From: Spirochaetia bacterium
GTDB lineage: Bacteria; Spirochaetota; Spirochaetia; SZUA-6; Bin103
Reading direction: 5' to 3'
DNA length: 64,000 bases
NCBI GenBank assembly: GCA_965203055.1
Contig: OZ241863.1
Location: forward strand, 96,001 to 160,000
This document shows positions 49,036-59,148 of the stretch, in pieces. The translations under genes were made by a program, and so were the position numbers. A model generated the notes under the pieces. That model made no database searches and was not told the origin of the DNA. It was given only the letters and a program-made list of their open reading frames with translations. Positions within the stretch are counted from its first letter, which is position 1, and the number at the start of each line of letters is the position of its first letter.

Positions 49036-49859
49036 GCCGACCCACCGAGGGCGCGGACCAGCGCCGGCAGGAGCACGGTCACGTCGCCCTCCAGCCGCAG
49101 ATCGGCAAGCGCGTCGTGGGCGGTCGGACCGCGGTTGATGACGGCGTACCGGGCGCCGTGCTGCGCCGCCCGCAACGGCACGTCCGCGGCGGGCCGCACC
49201 TCCAGCGTGGAACCAATCGCCAGCACCAGGTCGGCGCGGCCCGCGGCGCGGAACGCGCGCTGCAGCTCGGCCGGCGGCAACGGCTGGCCGAACGATACGG
49301 TCGCCGTCTTCAGGAACCCGCCGCAGGCCTGGCAGCGGGGACAGTTGCCGGTGGCCTGGAACTCCTCCAGCGCGGGCTGCGGCGCGCTGCGGGCGCCGCA
49401 TGCCAGACACTCCACCGCCCGGTTGGTGCCGTGCAACTCGATGATCCGCTCGGCCTCGTGGCCGGCATCCCGGTGCAGGCCGTCCACGTTCTGGGTCACC
49501 AGGACGTCCAGCTTGCCGAGCCGGTCCAGCTCCGCCAGGGCGAGGTGGGCGGCGTTGGGCCGCGCCCGGGCGAACTCCCGGTGCCCCTCCGCCTTGTACT
49601 GCCAATGCGCGCGGCGCGCCGCTTCGGAAGCGACGAAGTCCTGGAACAGCACCGGCCGGCGCCGCGTCCACTGTCCGCCCGGGCCGCGAAAGTCGGGGAT
49701 CCCCGAGGCGGTGGACATGCCCGCTCCGGTGAACACCAGCACGCGCCGGGCGGCGCGCACCGCCCCGGCCAAGTCCGCTACCTGCGCCGCCGCCTCTTCC
49801 TCGATCACCGCTGCCGCCGCCTGCCAACCAATCTTGCCCGGTTCGAGCCCCTCCTGCAA
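49032..49859 (-). CDS. Sir2-family NAD-dependent deacylase
   Basis: TGAGMSTASGIPDFRG, TQNVDGLH, ELHG, CxxC...CxxC, GSTL, INRG. Confidence 0.92.
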   Translation of the reverse strand: MQEGLEPGKIGWQAAAAVIEEEAAAQVADLAGAVRAARRVLVFTGAGMSTASGIPDFRGPGGQWTRRRPVLFQDFVASEAARRAHWQYKAEGHREFARARPNAAHLALAELDRLGKLDVLVTQNVDGLHRDAGHEAERIIELHGTNRAVECLACGARSAPQPALEEFQATGNCPRCQACGGFLKTATVSFGQPLPPAELQRAFRAAGRADLVLAIGSTLEVRPAADVPLRAAQHGARYAVINRGPTAHDALADLRLEGDVTVLLPALVRALGGSA

Positions 49860-49895
49860 CGCGCGCCGGCACTGAGCAAGAGTTGTAGCGAGCGG

Positions 49896-50237
49896 TCAGC
49901 GGTGGTCGCCGTCGCCCTGCAGGGTGCCGGCCGCCTGGCGCCGCGCCAGTTTGCGCAGGTTGTGCTCCGCCACCTCCTGCAGCGAGAGATCCAGGTCGGT
50001 GCAGATCTGGGCCAGGTACCACAGCACGTCGCCAAGCTCGCTCTTGAGGGCGGCGCGATCCTCGCCGCTGATCACGCCGCCCTTGTCGCGGAAGATCTTC
50101 TTCACCTTGCCGGCCACCTCCCCCGCTTCGTTGGTCAGGCCCAGGGTCGGGTAGAGGATGGCGTGGTCCACCACCACCCGGTTCCAGGTGCGGCGCGACT
50201 GGCGCTGATAGCGGGCGAAGGTTGCGGCATCTGCCAT
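49896..50237 (-). CDS. MazG-like nucleoside triphosphate pyrophosphohydrolase
   Basis: LGLTNEAGEVAGKVKK..RD, ELGDVLWY, NLRKL..R...G.GD.R. Confidence 0.88.
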   Translation of the reverse strand: MADAATFARYQRQSRRTWNRVVVDHAILYPTLGLTNEAGEVAGKVKKIFRDKGGVISGEDRAALKSELGDVLWYLAQICTDLDLSLQEVAEHNLRKLARRQAAGTLQGDGDHR

Positions 50238-50399
50238 GCGCCAAGCCTACTACGGGCGCCGCGCCCGGGGCACCCCGCCTGCCGGCGAAGCTGCGCGCGC
50301 AGCGCCGGCCCGCGGCCTTGGGCGGACCGGTAGCAGGCAAGTAGTGGTCATTCGCGCTTAACGCCGTACCGAGACTATACTTATATTGGAAGAGCTCCG

Positions 50400-52262
50400 A
50401 TGAGCTCCATCTCTCTCTCCGATCGGTTTCAACCCTTCGTCGATACCCGCACCGGCGCCGGGGTGCTGGCGCGCATCACGCGCATGGCGTTGCGCTTTCG
50501 CCTGCGCCTGCTGCTTGGCGTGCTGGCCACCATCGCCGCGGCGCTCATGCAGCTCCTCATCCCGCGCTACATGGGCCAGGCGGTGGACCGCATCCACGAG
50601 CTGCTGGCCGCGGCCACGCAGTGGAATCCGGCCACCCGCCAGCAGCTCGTGACCGTGGCGCTCGCCCTGCTCGCGGTGAGCGTCTTGCGCGGGGTGTTCA
50701 TGGCGATCTACATGCAGCAGGGCGAGTCGCTCGGCCAGCACCTCGGGTATTCGTTGCGGCTGGCCTACTACGAAAAGCTGCAGCGCCTCAGCTTCAGCTA
50801 CCACGACCGCGTCCACACCGGCGATCTGATGACGCGCGGCATGCTGGACGTGGAAGGGGTGCGCATGTTCGTCACCTTCGGGTTGTTGCGCACCTTCTAC
50901 CTCGCCGTGCTGATCGGCTTCGGCGGCTACCAACTGGTAGCTACCGATCCGCTGATGGCGCTGGTGGCGTTGAGCTTCGTGCCGGTGGTGGGGTGGCGCG
51001 CCATCGTGTCGCGGCTGCAGCTCCGCGAGAGCTGGTATCAGCTCCAGCGGCGCATGTCGATCCTCACCCGGGTGATGGACGAGAACCTGAGCGGCATCCG
51101 CGTGGTACGCGCCTTCACTTCGCAGGACCACGAGATGAACAAGTTCGACCGCGCCTCGCGGCGCGCCCTGCTGCTGGCGCGCAAGCGCATCCGCATCCGG
51201 GTGCGGAACACGACCGTGATGACCCTCACCTACTACGCCGCCATGTGTCTGGTGTTGCTGACCGGCGGTCTCAAGGTGATGAACGGCGAGGCGAGCGTGG
51301 GCCGCCTCACCGAGTTCCTGGCGTTCATGACCATTCTGCAACTGCCGGTGCGCCAGCTCGGGATGATGGTCAACGCCTTCGCGCGCGCTTCCTCGTCCGG
51401 CCAGCGCCTGTTCGAAGTACTGGATCGGGAGCCCGACGTGGCGGACCGGCCCGGCGCCCGGGCGCTGGCCCTGACCCGCGGCGTGCTGCGCTTCGAGGGG
51501 GTCTCCTTCGCCTACCGCACCGAGGACGGCGACGCCGTGGCGCTGCGCGGGGTTTCGTTCACCGTCGGTCCCGGCCAGACGCTCGGCATCGTCGGCCCGC
51601 CGGGGGCCGGCAAGACGACCATCGCCCATCTGGTACCGCGCTTCTACGACGTCACCGGCGGGCGCATCACCATCGATGAGCAGGACATCCGCAGCGTCAC
51701 CCTGGACTCGCTGCGCAACGCGGTCGGCGTGATCCAGCAGGACAGCTTCGTGTTCACCGCCGCGCTGGAGAAGAACGTCGCCTACGGCGATCCCTGGGCC
51801 GAGCGCGAGCGCATCGAACACGCCACCGCGTCAGCGCAGCTCGACTCCTACGTACGCGGCCTGCCGCTCGGTTACGAGACCCTGGTGGGCGAGCGCGGCG
51901 TGTCGCTGTCGGGCGGCCAGCGGCAGCGGCTGTCGATCGCCCGCAGCGTGATGCTGCGCCCGCCGATCATGATCTTCGACGACTCCACCGCAGCCATCGA
52001 CGCCGGCACCGAGCAGCGCATCCGGGCATCGCTGCGCGAGGTCACGCGGCAGTGCGCCACCATCATCGTCGCCCACCGCCTGAGCTCCCTGATGCACGCC
52101 AACGAGATCCTGTTTCTCGATCACGGCCGCGTCGTGGAGCGCGGCAGCCATGACGAGCTGCTGGCCCAGGGCGGCCGCTACGCGGCGCTGTATGAGTTGC
52201 AGGCGCGCCGGCCGCCGGCCGGCGCCGCGGCCAACGGAGCCGGCCAGGGAGGCAGCTCATGA
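50400..52262 (+). CDS. Heterodimeric ABC exporter, subunit 1 (TMD+NBD)
   Basis: Six TM segments, GPPGAGKT, LSGGQRQR, degenerate Walker B IFDDS. Confidence 0.92.
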   Translation: MSSISLSDRFQPFVDTRTGAGVLARITRMALRFRLRLLLGVLATIAAALMQLLIPRYMGQAVDRIHELLAAATQWNPATRQQLVTVALALLAVSVLRGVFMAIYMQQGESLGQHLGYSLRLAYYEKLQRLSFSYHDRVHTGDLMTRGMLDVEGVRMFVTFGLLRTFYLAVLIGFGGYQLVATDPLMALVALSFVPVVGWRAIVSRLQLRESWYQLQRRMSILTRVMDENLSGIRVVRAFTSQDHEMNKFDRASRRALLLARKRIRIRVRNTTVMTLTYYAAMCLVLLTGGLKVMNGEASVGRLTEFLAFMTILQLPVRQLGMMVNAFARASSSGQRLFEVLDREPDVADRPGARALALTRGVLRFEGVSFAYRTEDGDAVALRGVSFTVGPGQTLGIVGPPGAGKTTIAHLVPRFYDVTGGRITIDEQDIRSVTLDSLRNAVGVIQQDSFVFTAALEKNVAYGDPWAERERIEHATASAQLDSYVRGLPLGYETLVGERGVSLSGGQRQRLSIARSVMLRPPIMIFDDSTAAIDAGTEQRIRASLREVTRQCATIIVAHRLSSLMHANEILFLDHGRVVERGSHDELLAQGGRYAALYELQARRPPAGAAANGAGQGGSS

Positions 52263-54178
52263 GCGGCCCCGCCGCGGCGCCGGCCGAGCAGGTCTACCTG
52301 GCGCGCCGCCGGCGCAAGGGGCGCATCCCGCCGCTGGCCGCGGTCGGCTCCCAGGTGAACCGCGAAGAGCAGATGTTCGGCGCGGCGTTCAACGGCCACG
52401 TGGTACGGCGCTTCCTGGCGTTCGTGCGCCCCTACCGGGCCAGGCTGTGGATTTCCGTTGCCGCGGTGCTGGCATTCACCTTCTCGCAGATGGCGTTTCC
52501 GCTCATCATCCGCATCGTCATCGACGACGTGCTGCTGGCGGAAGCCGCCGGCGCGGGGCGCCGCATCCTGTTCGCGGCCTGCGCGGCGTTCGCGGCCCTG
52601 GTGGTGGTCAACTACGCCGCCAACCTGATTCAGGAGTCGGTGGTGGCGCGGGTGGCCGAGCAGGTGCTGTTCGACCTGCGCCGCGCCATGTACCGGCATC
52701 TGCAGCGCGTCGCGCTGGCGTTCATGGACCGCACCGAGGTGGGGCGCCTGATGTCGCGGTTGCAGGGCGACGTCAACGCGCTGCAGGAGTTCCTCGAGTC
52801 CACCGTGTTCGCGGTTGGGGACCTGGTGCTGCTGATCGGCATCATCGTGATCCTGCTGGTCCTGAACCTGCCGCTGGGACTGATGACGCTGGCGATCGTG
52901 CCGGCGCTGCTGGTGGTGCGCGCCATCTGGCTGCCGTTCGCGCGGCGCGCGTTCCTCGGCGCCCGGCAGAGCAGCTCCAACATCAACGGCGCGCTGGCGG
53001 AGAGCATCAACGGCGTCCGGCTGATCCAGGAGCTGGGCCGCCAGCGGGTCAACTTCGATCTGTACGAGGAGAAGGTGTTCGACAATCTGCGCACCCAGAT
53101 CCGGGCGGCGCGCTTCTCGCAGATCATGATCCCGACGGTCGACTCCCTGTCCGGCCTCGCCCTCGGCCTGATCGTGGTGGTGGGCGGCGCGCTGACCCTC
53201 GGCGCGTCGATCGAGCTGGGAGTGCTGATCGCCTTCTTCTTCTACGTGCAGCGCTTCTTCGCCCCGATCCGTTCGGTGACCATGCAGTACAGCATCATGC
53301 AGCGCGCGATGGCCTCCGGGCAGCGCATCTTCGAAGTGCTGGACGTGCCGGTGCAGATCGCGGATCGCCCCGGGGCGCGCGACCCGCGGGAGATAGACGG
53401 CTCCATCGAGTTCCGCAACGTGACCTTCGGCTACGTCGAGGGACAGCCGATCCTGCACGACATTTCGTTTCGCGCGGCGCCGGGCGAGACGATCGCGCTG
53501 GTGGGGCCGACCGGCTCGGGCAAGACCAGCATCACCGCCCTGGCGCATCGCTTCTACGACGTATGGCAGGGCCGCATCCTGGTGGGCGGCCATGACGTGC
53601 GCGACCTGACCCAGGCGTCGCTGGGCCGCCACATCGGCATGGTGCTGCAAGAGCCGTTCCTGTTCACCGGCACCATCAGCGAGAACATCCGCTACGCCGC
53701 CAGGGACGCGACCCAGGAGGACGTGGAGCGAGCCGCCGCGGCGGTGGGCGCCCACGACTTCATTACCCGCCTGCCGCAGGGGTACAACACGATGCTGGAG
53801 CAGCGCGGCAGCAACCTGTCCCTGGGGCAGCGCCAGCTGATCAGCTTTGCCCGCGCCATCGTCGCCGACACCAGGGTTCTGGTGCTCGACGAGGCTACCG
53901 CCAACATCGACAGCTACACCGAGATGCAGATTCAGCACGCGCTGCGCGGACTGCTGCACCAGCGCACCGGCCTGGTGATCGCCCACCGCCTGGCTACCAT
54001 CCGCAACGCGGACCGCATTCTGGTGTTGCAGCAGGGACGCATCACCGAGCAGGGGACGCACGCCGAACTGCTGGCTCGGGACGGGCTCTACGCCGGCCTG
54101 TACGGCATGCACTACGCGTCGTTCGACGACCTTCCCGACGAGGTGGTGGGCGCGGCAGCCGGCCGCGCGGCGACCTGA
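52259..54178 (+). CDS. Heterodimeric ABC exporter, subunit 2 (TMD+NBD)
   Basis: GPTGSGKT, degenerate signature LSLGQ, canonical VLDEAT, AHRL. Confidence 0.92.
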   Translation: MSGPAAAPAEQVYLARRRRKGRIPPLAAVGSQVNREEQMFGAAFNGHVVRRFLAFVRPYRARLWISVAAVLAFTFSQMAFPLIIRIVIDDVLLAEAAGAGRRILFAACAAFAALVVVNYAANLIQESVVARVAEQVLFDLRRAMYRHLQRVALAFMDRTEVGRLMSRLQGDVNALQEFLESTVFAVGDLVLLIGIIVILLVLNLPLGLMTLAIVPALLVVRAIWLPFARRAFLGARQSSSNINGALAESINGVRLIQELGRQRVNFDLYEEKVFDNLRTQIRAARFSQIMIPTVDSLSGLALGLIVVVGGALTLGASIELGVLIAFFFYVQRFFAPIRSVTMQYSIMQRAMASGQRIFEVLDVPVQIADRPGARDPREIDGSIEFRNVTFGYVEGQPILHDISFRAAPGETIALVGPTGSGKTSITALAHRFYDVWQGRILVGGHDVRDLTQASLGRHIGMVLQEPFLFTGTISENIRYAARDATQEDVERAAAAVGAHDFITRLPQGYNTMLEQRGSNLSLGQRQLISFARAIVADTRVLVLDEATANIDSYTEMQIQHALRGLLHQRTGLVIAHRLATIRNADRILVLQQGRITEQGTHAELLARDGLYAGLYGMHYASFDDLPDEVVGAAAGRAAT

Positions 54179-54256
54179 GCGCCGGCCGCGCGGGCGGTCG
54201 CGGGCGGTACGCCAACCCGCCGGAGCGCGCGCCGGCGCCCCAATACCGCTTCCGCT

Positions 54257-55618
54257 TCAGGTGCGCTGCCGCAACTCCAGCAACGCCGCGGAGGGCCGCA
54301 CCGGATAGGGGGCGGCGTCCTGCAGCGCGCGCACCGGCGCCGGCAGGCTGGCGAGGCTGGCGGCCGCGCGCGCCCGGACCGCCGCCAGCGGCTCCCGCGC
54401 CGCCACCCGCGTTCCCGCGCGCAACTGCGGCCGCAGCAGCGGCACGCGCCGTTCACCGCGGCCGGCGCCCGCGGCGAGCTCCTCGGTCTCCTCCGCAAGG
54501 CAGAGCAGGTCGCGCGCGGCGTGCCGCGCCGCGTAGCAGCGCACCACCTGCTTGATTCCGGGCAGGGTAGCCTTGCCCGGCTCCTCCGAGCGCTTGGCAA
54601 TCGCGCGCCAGCCGCCGCCGCGGCGCACCGCCACCAGCTTGTACACCCCGCCCAGCGCGGGGTCGCCATGGGCGGTGACCAGGCGCGTACCGACGCCCCA
54701 CGCGTCGATCGGCGCGTTGGCGTTGCGCAACTCGGCAATGCGGGTCTCGTCCAGATCGCTCGACACCACGATCTGGGCCTCCTCGAGTCCCGCCGCGTCC
54801 AACTGCGCCCGCACCGCGCGGCTGAGATGGTCGAGCGCGCCACTGTCCAGGCGCACGCCGAAGCCGCGCCGGCCGCGCGCCTGCAGCGCGGCCAGCACCG
54901 GGATGGCATGAGGAATCCCGCTGTCCAGGGTGTCGTAGGTGTCGACCAGCAGTATCGCCCGCTCCGGGTAGAGCTCGGCGAAGCGGGCGAACGCGTCCTG
55001 TTCGTCGCCGAAAGCCTGGATCCAGGAGTGCGCCATGGTACCGCTGACCGGGATGCCGTAGCGGGCGCCGGCGGCGAGGTTGGAGGTGCCGTGCACGCCG
55101 CCGACGTAGGCGGCGCGCGCCGCCGACAACGCCCCGTCCAGCCCCTGGGCGCGGCGCAGCCCGAACTCGAACACCCGCCCCCCGCCCGCGGCCTGCACCA
55201 CGCGCGCCGCCTTGGTGGCGATCAGGGTCTGGAAGTTGACGATGTTGAGCAGCAGACTCTCCAGGAGCTGCGCTTCGGTGAGGCGCGCGGTGACCCGCAG
55301 CAGCGGCTCGCCGGGGAACATCGCGGTCCCCTCCGGCGGCGCGTGCAACGCGCCCTGAAATCGCCAGCGCTCCAGGAACTGCAGGAACTCGGCGCGAAAC
55401 AACCGCAGTCCCTCCAGGTACTCCAGTTGCCGCGCGCTGAAGCGCAGCGCCGCGGCCGCATCGACGACCTCCTCCAGACCCGCCGCCAGCGCATAGCCGC
55501 CGCCGAACGGCGGGCGCCGGAAGAACAGTTCGAAGGCGACCTCGGGATCGCGGCGCTGCAGGAAGTAGCCCTGCAGCATGGTGAGCTGATAGAGGTCGGT
55601 GGCGAGCGCCGAGACCAC
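54257..55618 (-). CDS. pncB: Nicotinate phosphoribosyltransferase
   Basis: LATDLYQLTM, EFGLRRAQG, GTMAHS, LVDTYD, VRLDSG, GVYKL. Confidence 0.95.
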   Translation of the reverse strand: MVSALATDLYQLTMLQGYFLQRRDPEVAFELFFRRPPFGGGYALAAGLEEVVDAAAALRFSARQLEYLEGLRLFRAEFLQFLERWRFQGALHAPPEGTAMFPGEPLLRVTARLTEAQLLESLLLNIVNFQTLIATKAARVVQAAGGGRVFEFGLRRAQGLDGALSAARAAYVGGVHGTSNLAAGARYGIPVSGTMAHSWIQAFGDEQDAFARFAELYPERAILLVDTYDTLDSGIPHAIPVLAALQARGRRGFGVRLDSGALDHLSRAVRAQLDAAGLEEAQIVVSSDLDETRIAELRNANAPIDAWGVGTRLVTAHGDPALGGVYKLVAVRRGGGWRAIAKRSEEPGKATLPGIKQVVRCYAARHAARDLLCLAEETEELAAGAGRGERRVPLLRPQLRAGTRVAAREPLAAVRARAAASLASLPAPVRALQDAAPYPVRPSAALLELRQRT

Positions 55619-55632
55619 GCCGGACGCTTCGA

Positions 55633-56238
55633 TCAGGAAATGCGGATTCCCGCGGCGCGCATCTCCGCCAGCGCCCGGGCCACGTTGCCGGCGGGCTGAT
55701 CCACGCCGCGGCTGGCGCCGGCGAACAGTTCGACCTCGAACCCCAGGCGCGCCGCATCGAGGGCCGAGTACGCTACGCAGTAGTCGGTCGCGAGGCCGCA
55801 CAGCGCCACCCGCCGCACCCCCAGCGCCCGCAGATAGCCGGCCAAGCCGGTGGCGGTGCGGCGGTCGTTCTCGAAGAACGCGGAGTAGGAATCCAGCGCC
55901 CGGCGCGTTCCCTTGCGCAAGATCAGGTTGACGCGGCGGGTGTCCAGCGCCGGATGCAACGCCGCTCCGGCGGTGCCCTGCACGCAGTGGTCGGGCCACA
56001 GCGTCTGCTCGATCCCGCCAATGCGCACCGTGCCGTAGAGGGCGGCGCGAGGATGCTGCGAGACGAACGAGCAATGCTTGCGCGGATGCCAGTCCTGGGT
56101 CGCGACCACCAGGTCGTAGGCCGTCATCAGGCGGTTCGCCGCCGCCACCACGGCGTCGCCGTCAGCCACCGCCAGGGCGCCGCCGGGGCAGAAGTCAATC
56201 TGCACGTCGATGACCAGGAGCGCGCTACTCATCGCCAT
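55633..56238 (-). CDS. pncA: Nicotinamidase/pyrazinamidase
   Basis: IDVQIDFCPGGAL, TQDWHP, WPDHC, GLATDYCV. Confidence 0.95.
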   Translation of the reverse strand: MAMSSALLVIDVQIDFCPGGALAVADGDAVVAAANRLMTAYDLVVATQDWHPRKHCSFVSQHPRAALYGTVRIGGIEQTLWPDHCVQGTAGAALHPALDTRRVNLILRKGTRRALDSYSAFFENDRRTATGLAGYLRALGVRRVALCGLATDYCVAYSALDAARLGFEVELFAGASRGVDQPAGNVARALAEMRAAGIRIS

Positions 56239-56321
56239 TACGCTACACCCGCCCGGCGCGGCGCGCCAACCCGCAACCGCCGCGCGGTCTCACCCTCAGC
56301 CGGCGCCGGCGCGGGGCGGCT

Positions 56322-57335
56322 TCACTCCCCGCCCGGGCGGGCGGCGGCCAAGCCGGTCCCATGGCGGAGGGCGCCGGCCACCCCCAGCGCCGCCAGCCCC
56401 GCGCCGGCCAGCGCCGCCAGCAGGACCGCGGTGAGTTCGCCCGCCGGCACCTGGGCGAGGTCCGCGGGCGCCACCTTGGGCACGGCGTGCAGCGGCGTGG
56501 ATTCGGCGTAGCCGCCGGGCGGCAGCGCCAGGAACGGCCACAGGCGGCGCAGCGAACCCAGCATCAGGCCGCTCAGGACCGCGAGGGTAATGCCGCGGGC
56601 GCGGCGCAGCAGCCAGGTCAGCAGCTTGCTTACGGCGCCCAGGCCGACCAGCACGCCGGCCTGGAACACGATCAGCGGCAGCAGTTGCGGCGCGCCCCGC
56701 GTCAGGTCGCGCAGCAGATCGATCACGTAGGGGTAGGGGCCAAGCACCAGCAGCACGAAGGCGCCGCTGACGCCGGGCAGCACCATCACCGCGGCGGCAG
56801 TGGCTCCGCTCAGCGCCAGGAACCAGAGCGCCGGTTCGCCGGCGCCGCGCACCGGCAATCCCAGCAGCAGCACGGCCGCGGCCGCGGCCAGCACCAGGGC
56901 CGCGGCCTGCGGCAGGCGCCAGCGCCCCACGGCGCGCAACGGCAGCACCACCGCTACCGGCACCACCCCGCAGAAGAACGCCAGCGCCAACCCCGGCGCC
57001 GCATCGAGCAAGGCTCCCACCGGGTAGCTGAACAGCAACGGCGCCGCCACCATGCCGGCGCCCAGCACCAGCGCGAAGCGCCACGGCACGGCGCCCCAGG
57101 CGCGCGCGACCCGCGCCCGCCAGCGGCCGCCGCGGGCGCGCCACGGCAGCAGCGCGCGGACCACCTCCACCAGGGCGGCGAGGACCGCCACCAGCCGTTC
57201 GTAGATACCCAGGATCAACGCCAGGGTGCCGGCGCTGACACCCGGTACCAGCTCGACGACGCCCAGGCTCAGGCCGCGCACCAGGGTAAGCAGATCGCTC
57301 CGCCACCCGGCGCGGAGCTCGACAGGTCGATTCAC
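56322..57335 (-). CDS. DUF368 membrane protein (undecaprenyl-phosphate translocase family)
   Basis: Twin motifs VPGVSAGTLALILGIYERL and LPGVSGAFVLLVLG.Y; GSLRRLWPF. Confidence 0.85.
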   Translation of the reverse strand: MNRPVELRAGWRSDLLTLVRGLSLGVVELVPGVSAGTLALILGIYERLVAVLAALVEVVRALLPWRARGGRWRARVARAWGAVPWRFALVLGAGMVAAPLLFSYPVGALLDAAPGLALAFFCGVVPVAVVLPLRAVGRWRLPQAAALVLAAAAAVLLLGLPVRGAGEPALWFLALSGATAAAVMVLPGVSGAFVLLVLGPYPYVIDLLRDLTRGAPQLLPLIVFQAGVLVGLGAVSKLLTWLLRRARGITLAVLSGLMLGSLRRLWPFLALPPGGYAESTPLHAVPKVAPADLAQVPAGELTAVLLAALAGAGLAALGVAGALRHGTGLAAARPGGE

Positions 57336-57434
57336 CGCCCCAGTGTGCCCGATTCGCGGCCCGCGCTGCAGCCCGCGGCAGCCCGCGGCGCGGGTATGGC
57401 GCACCGCGCCCGTCATCGCTATACTGCGCCCGCT

Positions 57435-58301
57435 ATGAGTGCGCGTTACATGAGCCCGCTGACGGTAAGCGAGGCCACCGAACTGCTTGGCCGGAATCCC
57501 GGAGCCCGGGTGCTGGCGGGCGGCACCGATCTCATGGTGGATATGCGCTTGTCCCGCACCATCCCCGAGCTGATCGTCGACATCAAGAACATCGCCCAAA
57601 CGCGGGAGCTCTCCCTCTCCGACGAAGGTCTGGTGCTGGGCGCCGCGGTAGCCTGCGTCGAACTGACCGACCATCCCACGTTGCGCCGGAGCTACCCCGG
57701 CCTGGTGGAGGCGGCGGAGCTGATCGGCTCGTCCCAGATCCAGAGCCGCGCCAGCCTCGGCGGCAACCTGTGCCACGCCTCCCCCGCGGCCGATACGGTA
57801 CCCGCCCTGGCGGCGGTGCGCGCGGTGTGCCGCATCGCGGGTCCCGGCGGGGAACGGCGCGTGCCGGTGGAGGAGTTCTGCACCGCGCCCGGCGCCAACG
57901 TGCTGGCCGCCGGCGAGTTCCTGGTTGCCTTCGAGATTCCGCCGCCGGGCGCCGGTGCGGCCGATGCCTACCTGCGCTTCATCCCGCGCAATGAAATGGA
58001 CATCGCCGTGGTCGGCGCGGGAGTCAGCGTGAGCCTGGACGGCTCCGCTACCTGTACCGCCGCCCGCGTGGCGCTGGGGGCGGTCGCGCCGACGGTGATC
58101 CTGGTACCGGAAGCCGCCGCGGCGCTGCTCGGGAGCGCCATCGAAGACGCCGACCTGGAACGGGCGGCGGCCGCCGCCGCGGCGGCGGCGCGGCCGATCA
58201 GCGACCGCCGCGGCACCGCCGAGTTCCGGCGCCACGTCGCCGGGGTGCTCACCAAACGCGCCGCCCTGGCGGCGCGGAACCGGGCGCGCGCGGCGCGCTG
58301 A
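57435..58301 (+). CDS. FAD-binding medium subunit (CoxM/CutM-like)
   Basis: LAGGTDL, IGSSQIQSRASLGGNLCHASPAAD, PISDRRGT.EFR. Confidence 0.9.
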   Translation: MSARYMSPLTVSEATELLGRNPGARVLAGGTDLMVDMRLSRTIPELIVDIKNIAQTRELSLSDEGLVLGAAVACVELTDHPTLRRSYPGLVEAAELIGSSQIQSRASLGGNLCHASPAADTVPALAAVRAVCRIAGPGGERRVPVEEFCTAPGANVLAAGEFLVAFEIPPPGAGAADAYLRFIPRNEMDIAVVGAGVSVSLDGSATCTAARVALGAVAPTVILVPEAAAALLGSAIEDADLERAAAAAAAAARPISDRRGTAEFRRHVAGVLTKRAALAARNRARAAR

Positions 58302-58336
58302 AACGGCCTGAAAGCCAAAGAGAGAGGCAGATAATC

Positions 58337-58816
58337 ATGCAACAGACTCACGTCCGAACCACCATCAACGGCGAGCCCACCGAATTCCTGTGCGAGGCGC
58401 ATCTGAGCCTGCTCGACGCGTTGCGCGACAAGGTCGGTCTCACCGGTACCAAGGAGGGCTGCGGCACCGGCGACTGCGGCGCCTGCACCGTCGTGCTGGA
58501 CGGCAACATCGTGTGCTCCTGCCTGGTGTTGGCGGTGGAGACGGCCGGACACGAAATCGAGACGATCGAAGGCGTAGCCAAGGATCAGCAACTCCACCCG
58601 GTGCAGCAGAAGCTGCTGGAGCACGCCGGTCTGCAGTGCGGCATCTGCACCCCCGGCGTCGTGGTCGCGGCCAAGGCGCTGCTGGAGCGCACCCCCGACC
58701 CCAGCGAGAAGGAGATCCGCTACTGGTTGTCCGGCAACCTGTGCCGCTGCACCGGCTACGACAAGATCGTGCGCGCGGTGCAGGACGCGGCCTCGGTGTT
58801 GCAGGCGCAGGGTTAG
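58337..58816 (+). CDS. (2Fe-2S) small subunit (CoxS-like)
   Basis: [31 protein letters not shown]. Confidence 0.93.
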   Translation: MQQTHVRTTINGEPTEFLCEAHLSLLDALRDKVGLTGTKEGCGTGDCGACTVVLDGNIVCSCLVLAVETAGHEIETIEGVAKDQQLHPVQQKLLEHAGLQCGICTPGVVVAAKALLERTPDPSEKEIRYWLSGNLCRCTGYDKIVRAVQDAASVLQAQG

Positions 58817-58834
58817 CCGGACCCGCCGCGCGGC

Positions 58835-59092
58835 ATGGCCCAGGTAGAGATTCCGGCGCGGCTGCTGGCCCGCACCGGCGGCACCGGCCGCGTCGAGGTG
58901 GCCGGCCGCAACGTGCGCCAGGTGCTGCGCGGCCTCGACGAGATGTTTCCGGGGCTGGTCGAGGAGCTGAAGGCCACCACCGCCATCGCGATCGATGGCG
59001 AGATCATCGGCCAGCGGCTGGAGGACGCGGTGCTGGAGCGGGTGGAGCCCGACAGCGAGGTGTACTTCATCCCCGCCGTAGCCGGCGGCTGA
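58835..59092 (+). CDS. MoaD/ThiS-family sulfur carrier
   Basis: 85-aa beta-grasp protein ending IPAVAGG. Confidence 0.85.
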   Translation: MAQVEIPARLLARTGGTGRVEVAGRNVRQVLRGLDEMFPGLVEELKATTAIAIDGEIIGQRLEDAVLERVEPDSEVYFIPAVAGG

Positions 59093-59148
59093 AACGGCCG
59101 AACCCGCGCCCCGCAGGAGCGCCGCGCGGCGGTCCGGGAGCTGCACGA

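Noticed and set aside
49032..49859. Sir2 as an antiphage NADase (Thoeris/DSR type)
   Set aside because: It has the Zn-binding CxxC pairs and full motifs of a housekeeping deacylase, with host-like GC.
54179..54240. GC-rich inverted repeats between convergent genes as terminators or REP elements
   Set aside because: No U-tract, no repeated copies elsewhere, and expected by chance at this GC.
57435..58816. Aerobic CO dehydrogenase
   Set aside because: There is no CoxL with the AYxCSFR motif in the window; M and S subunits alone are not diagnostic.
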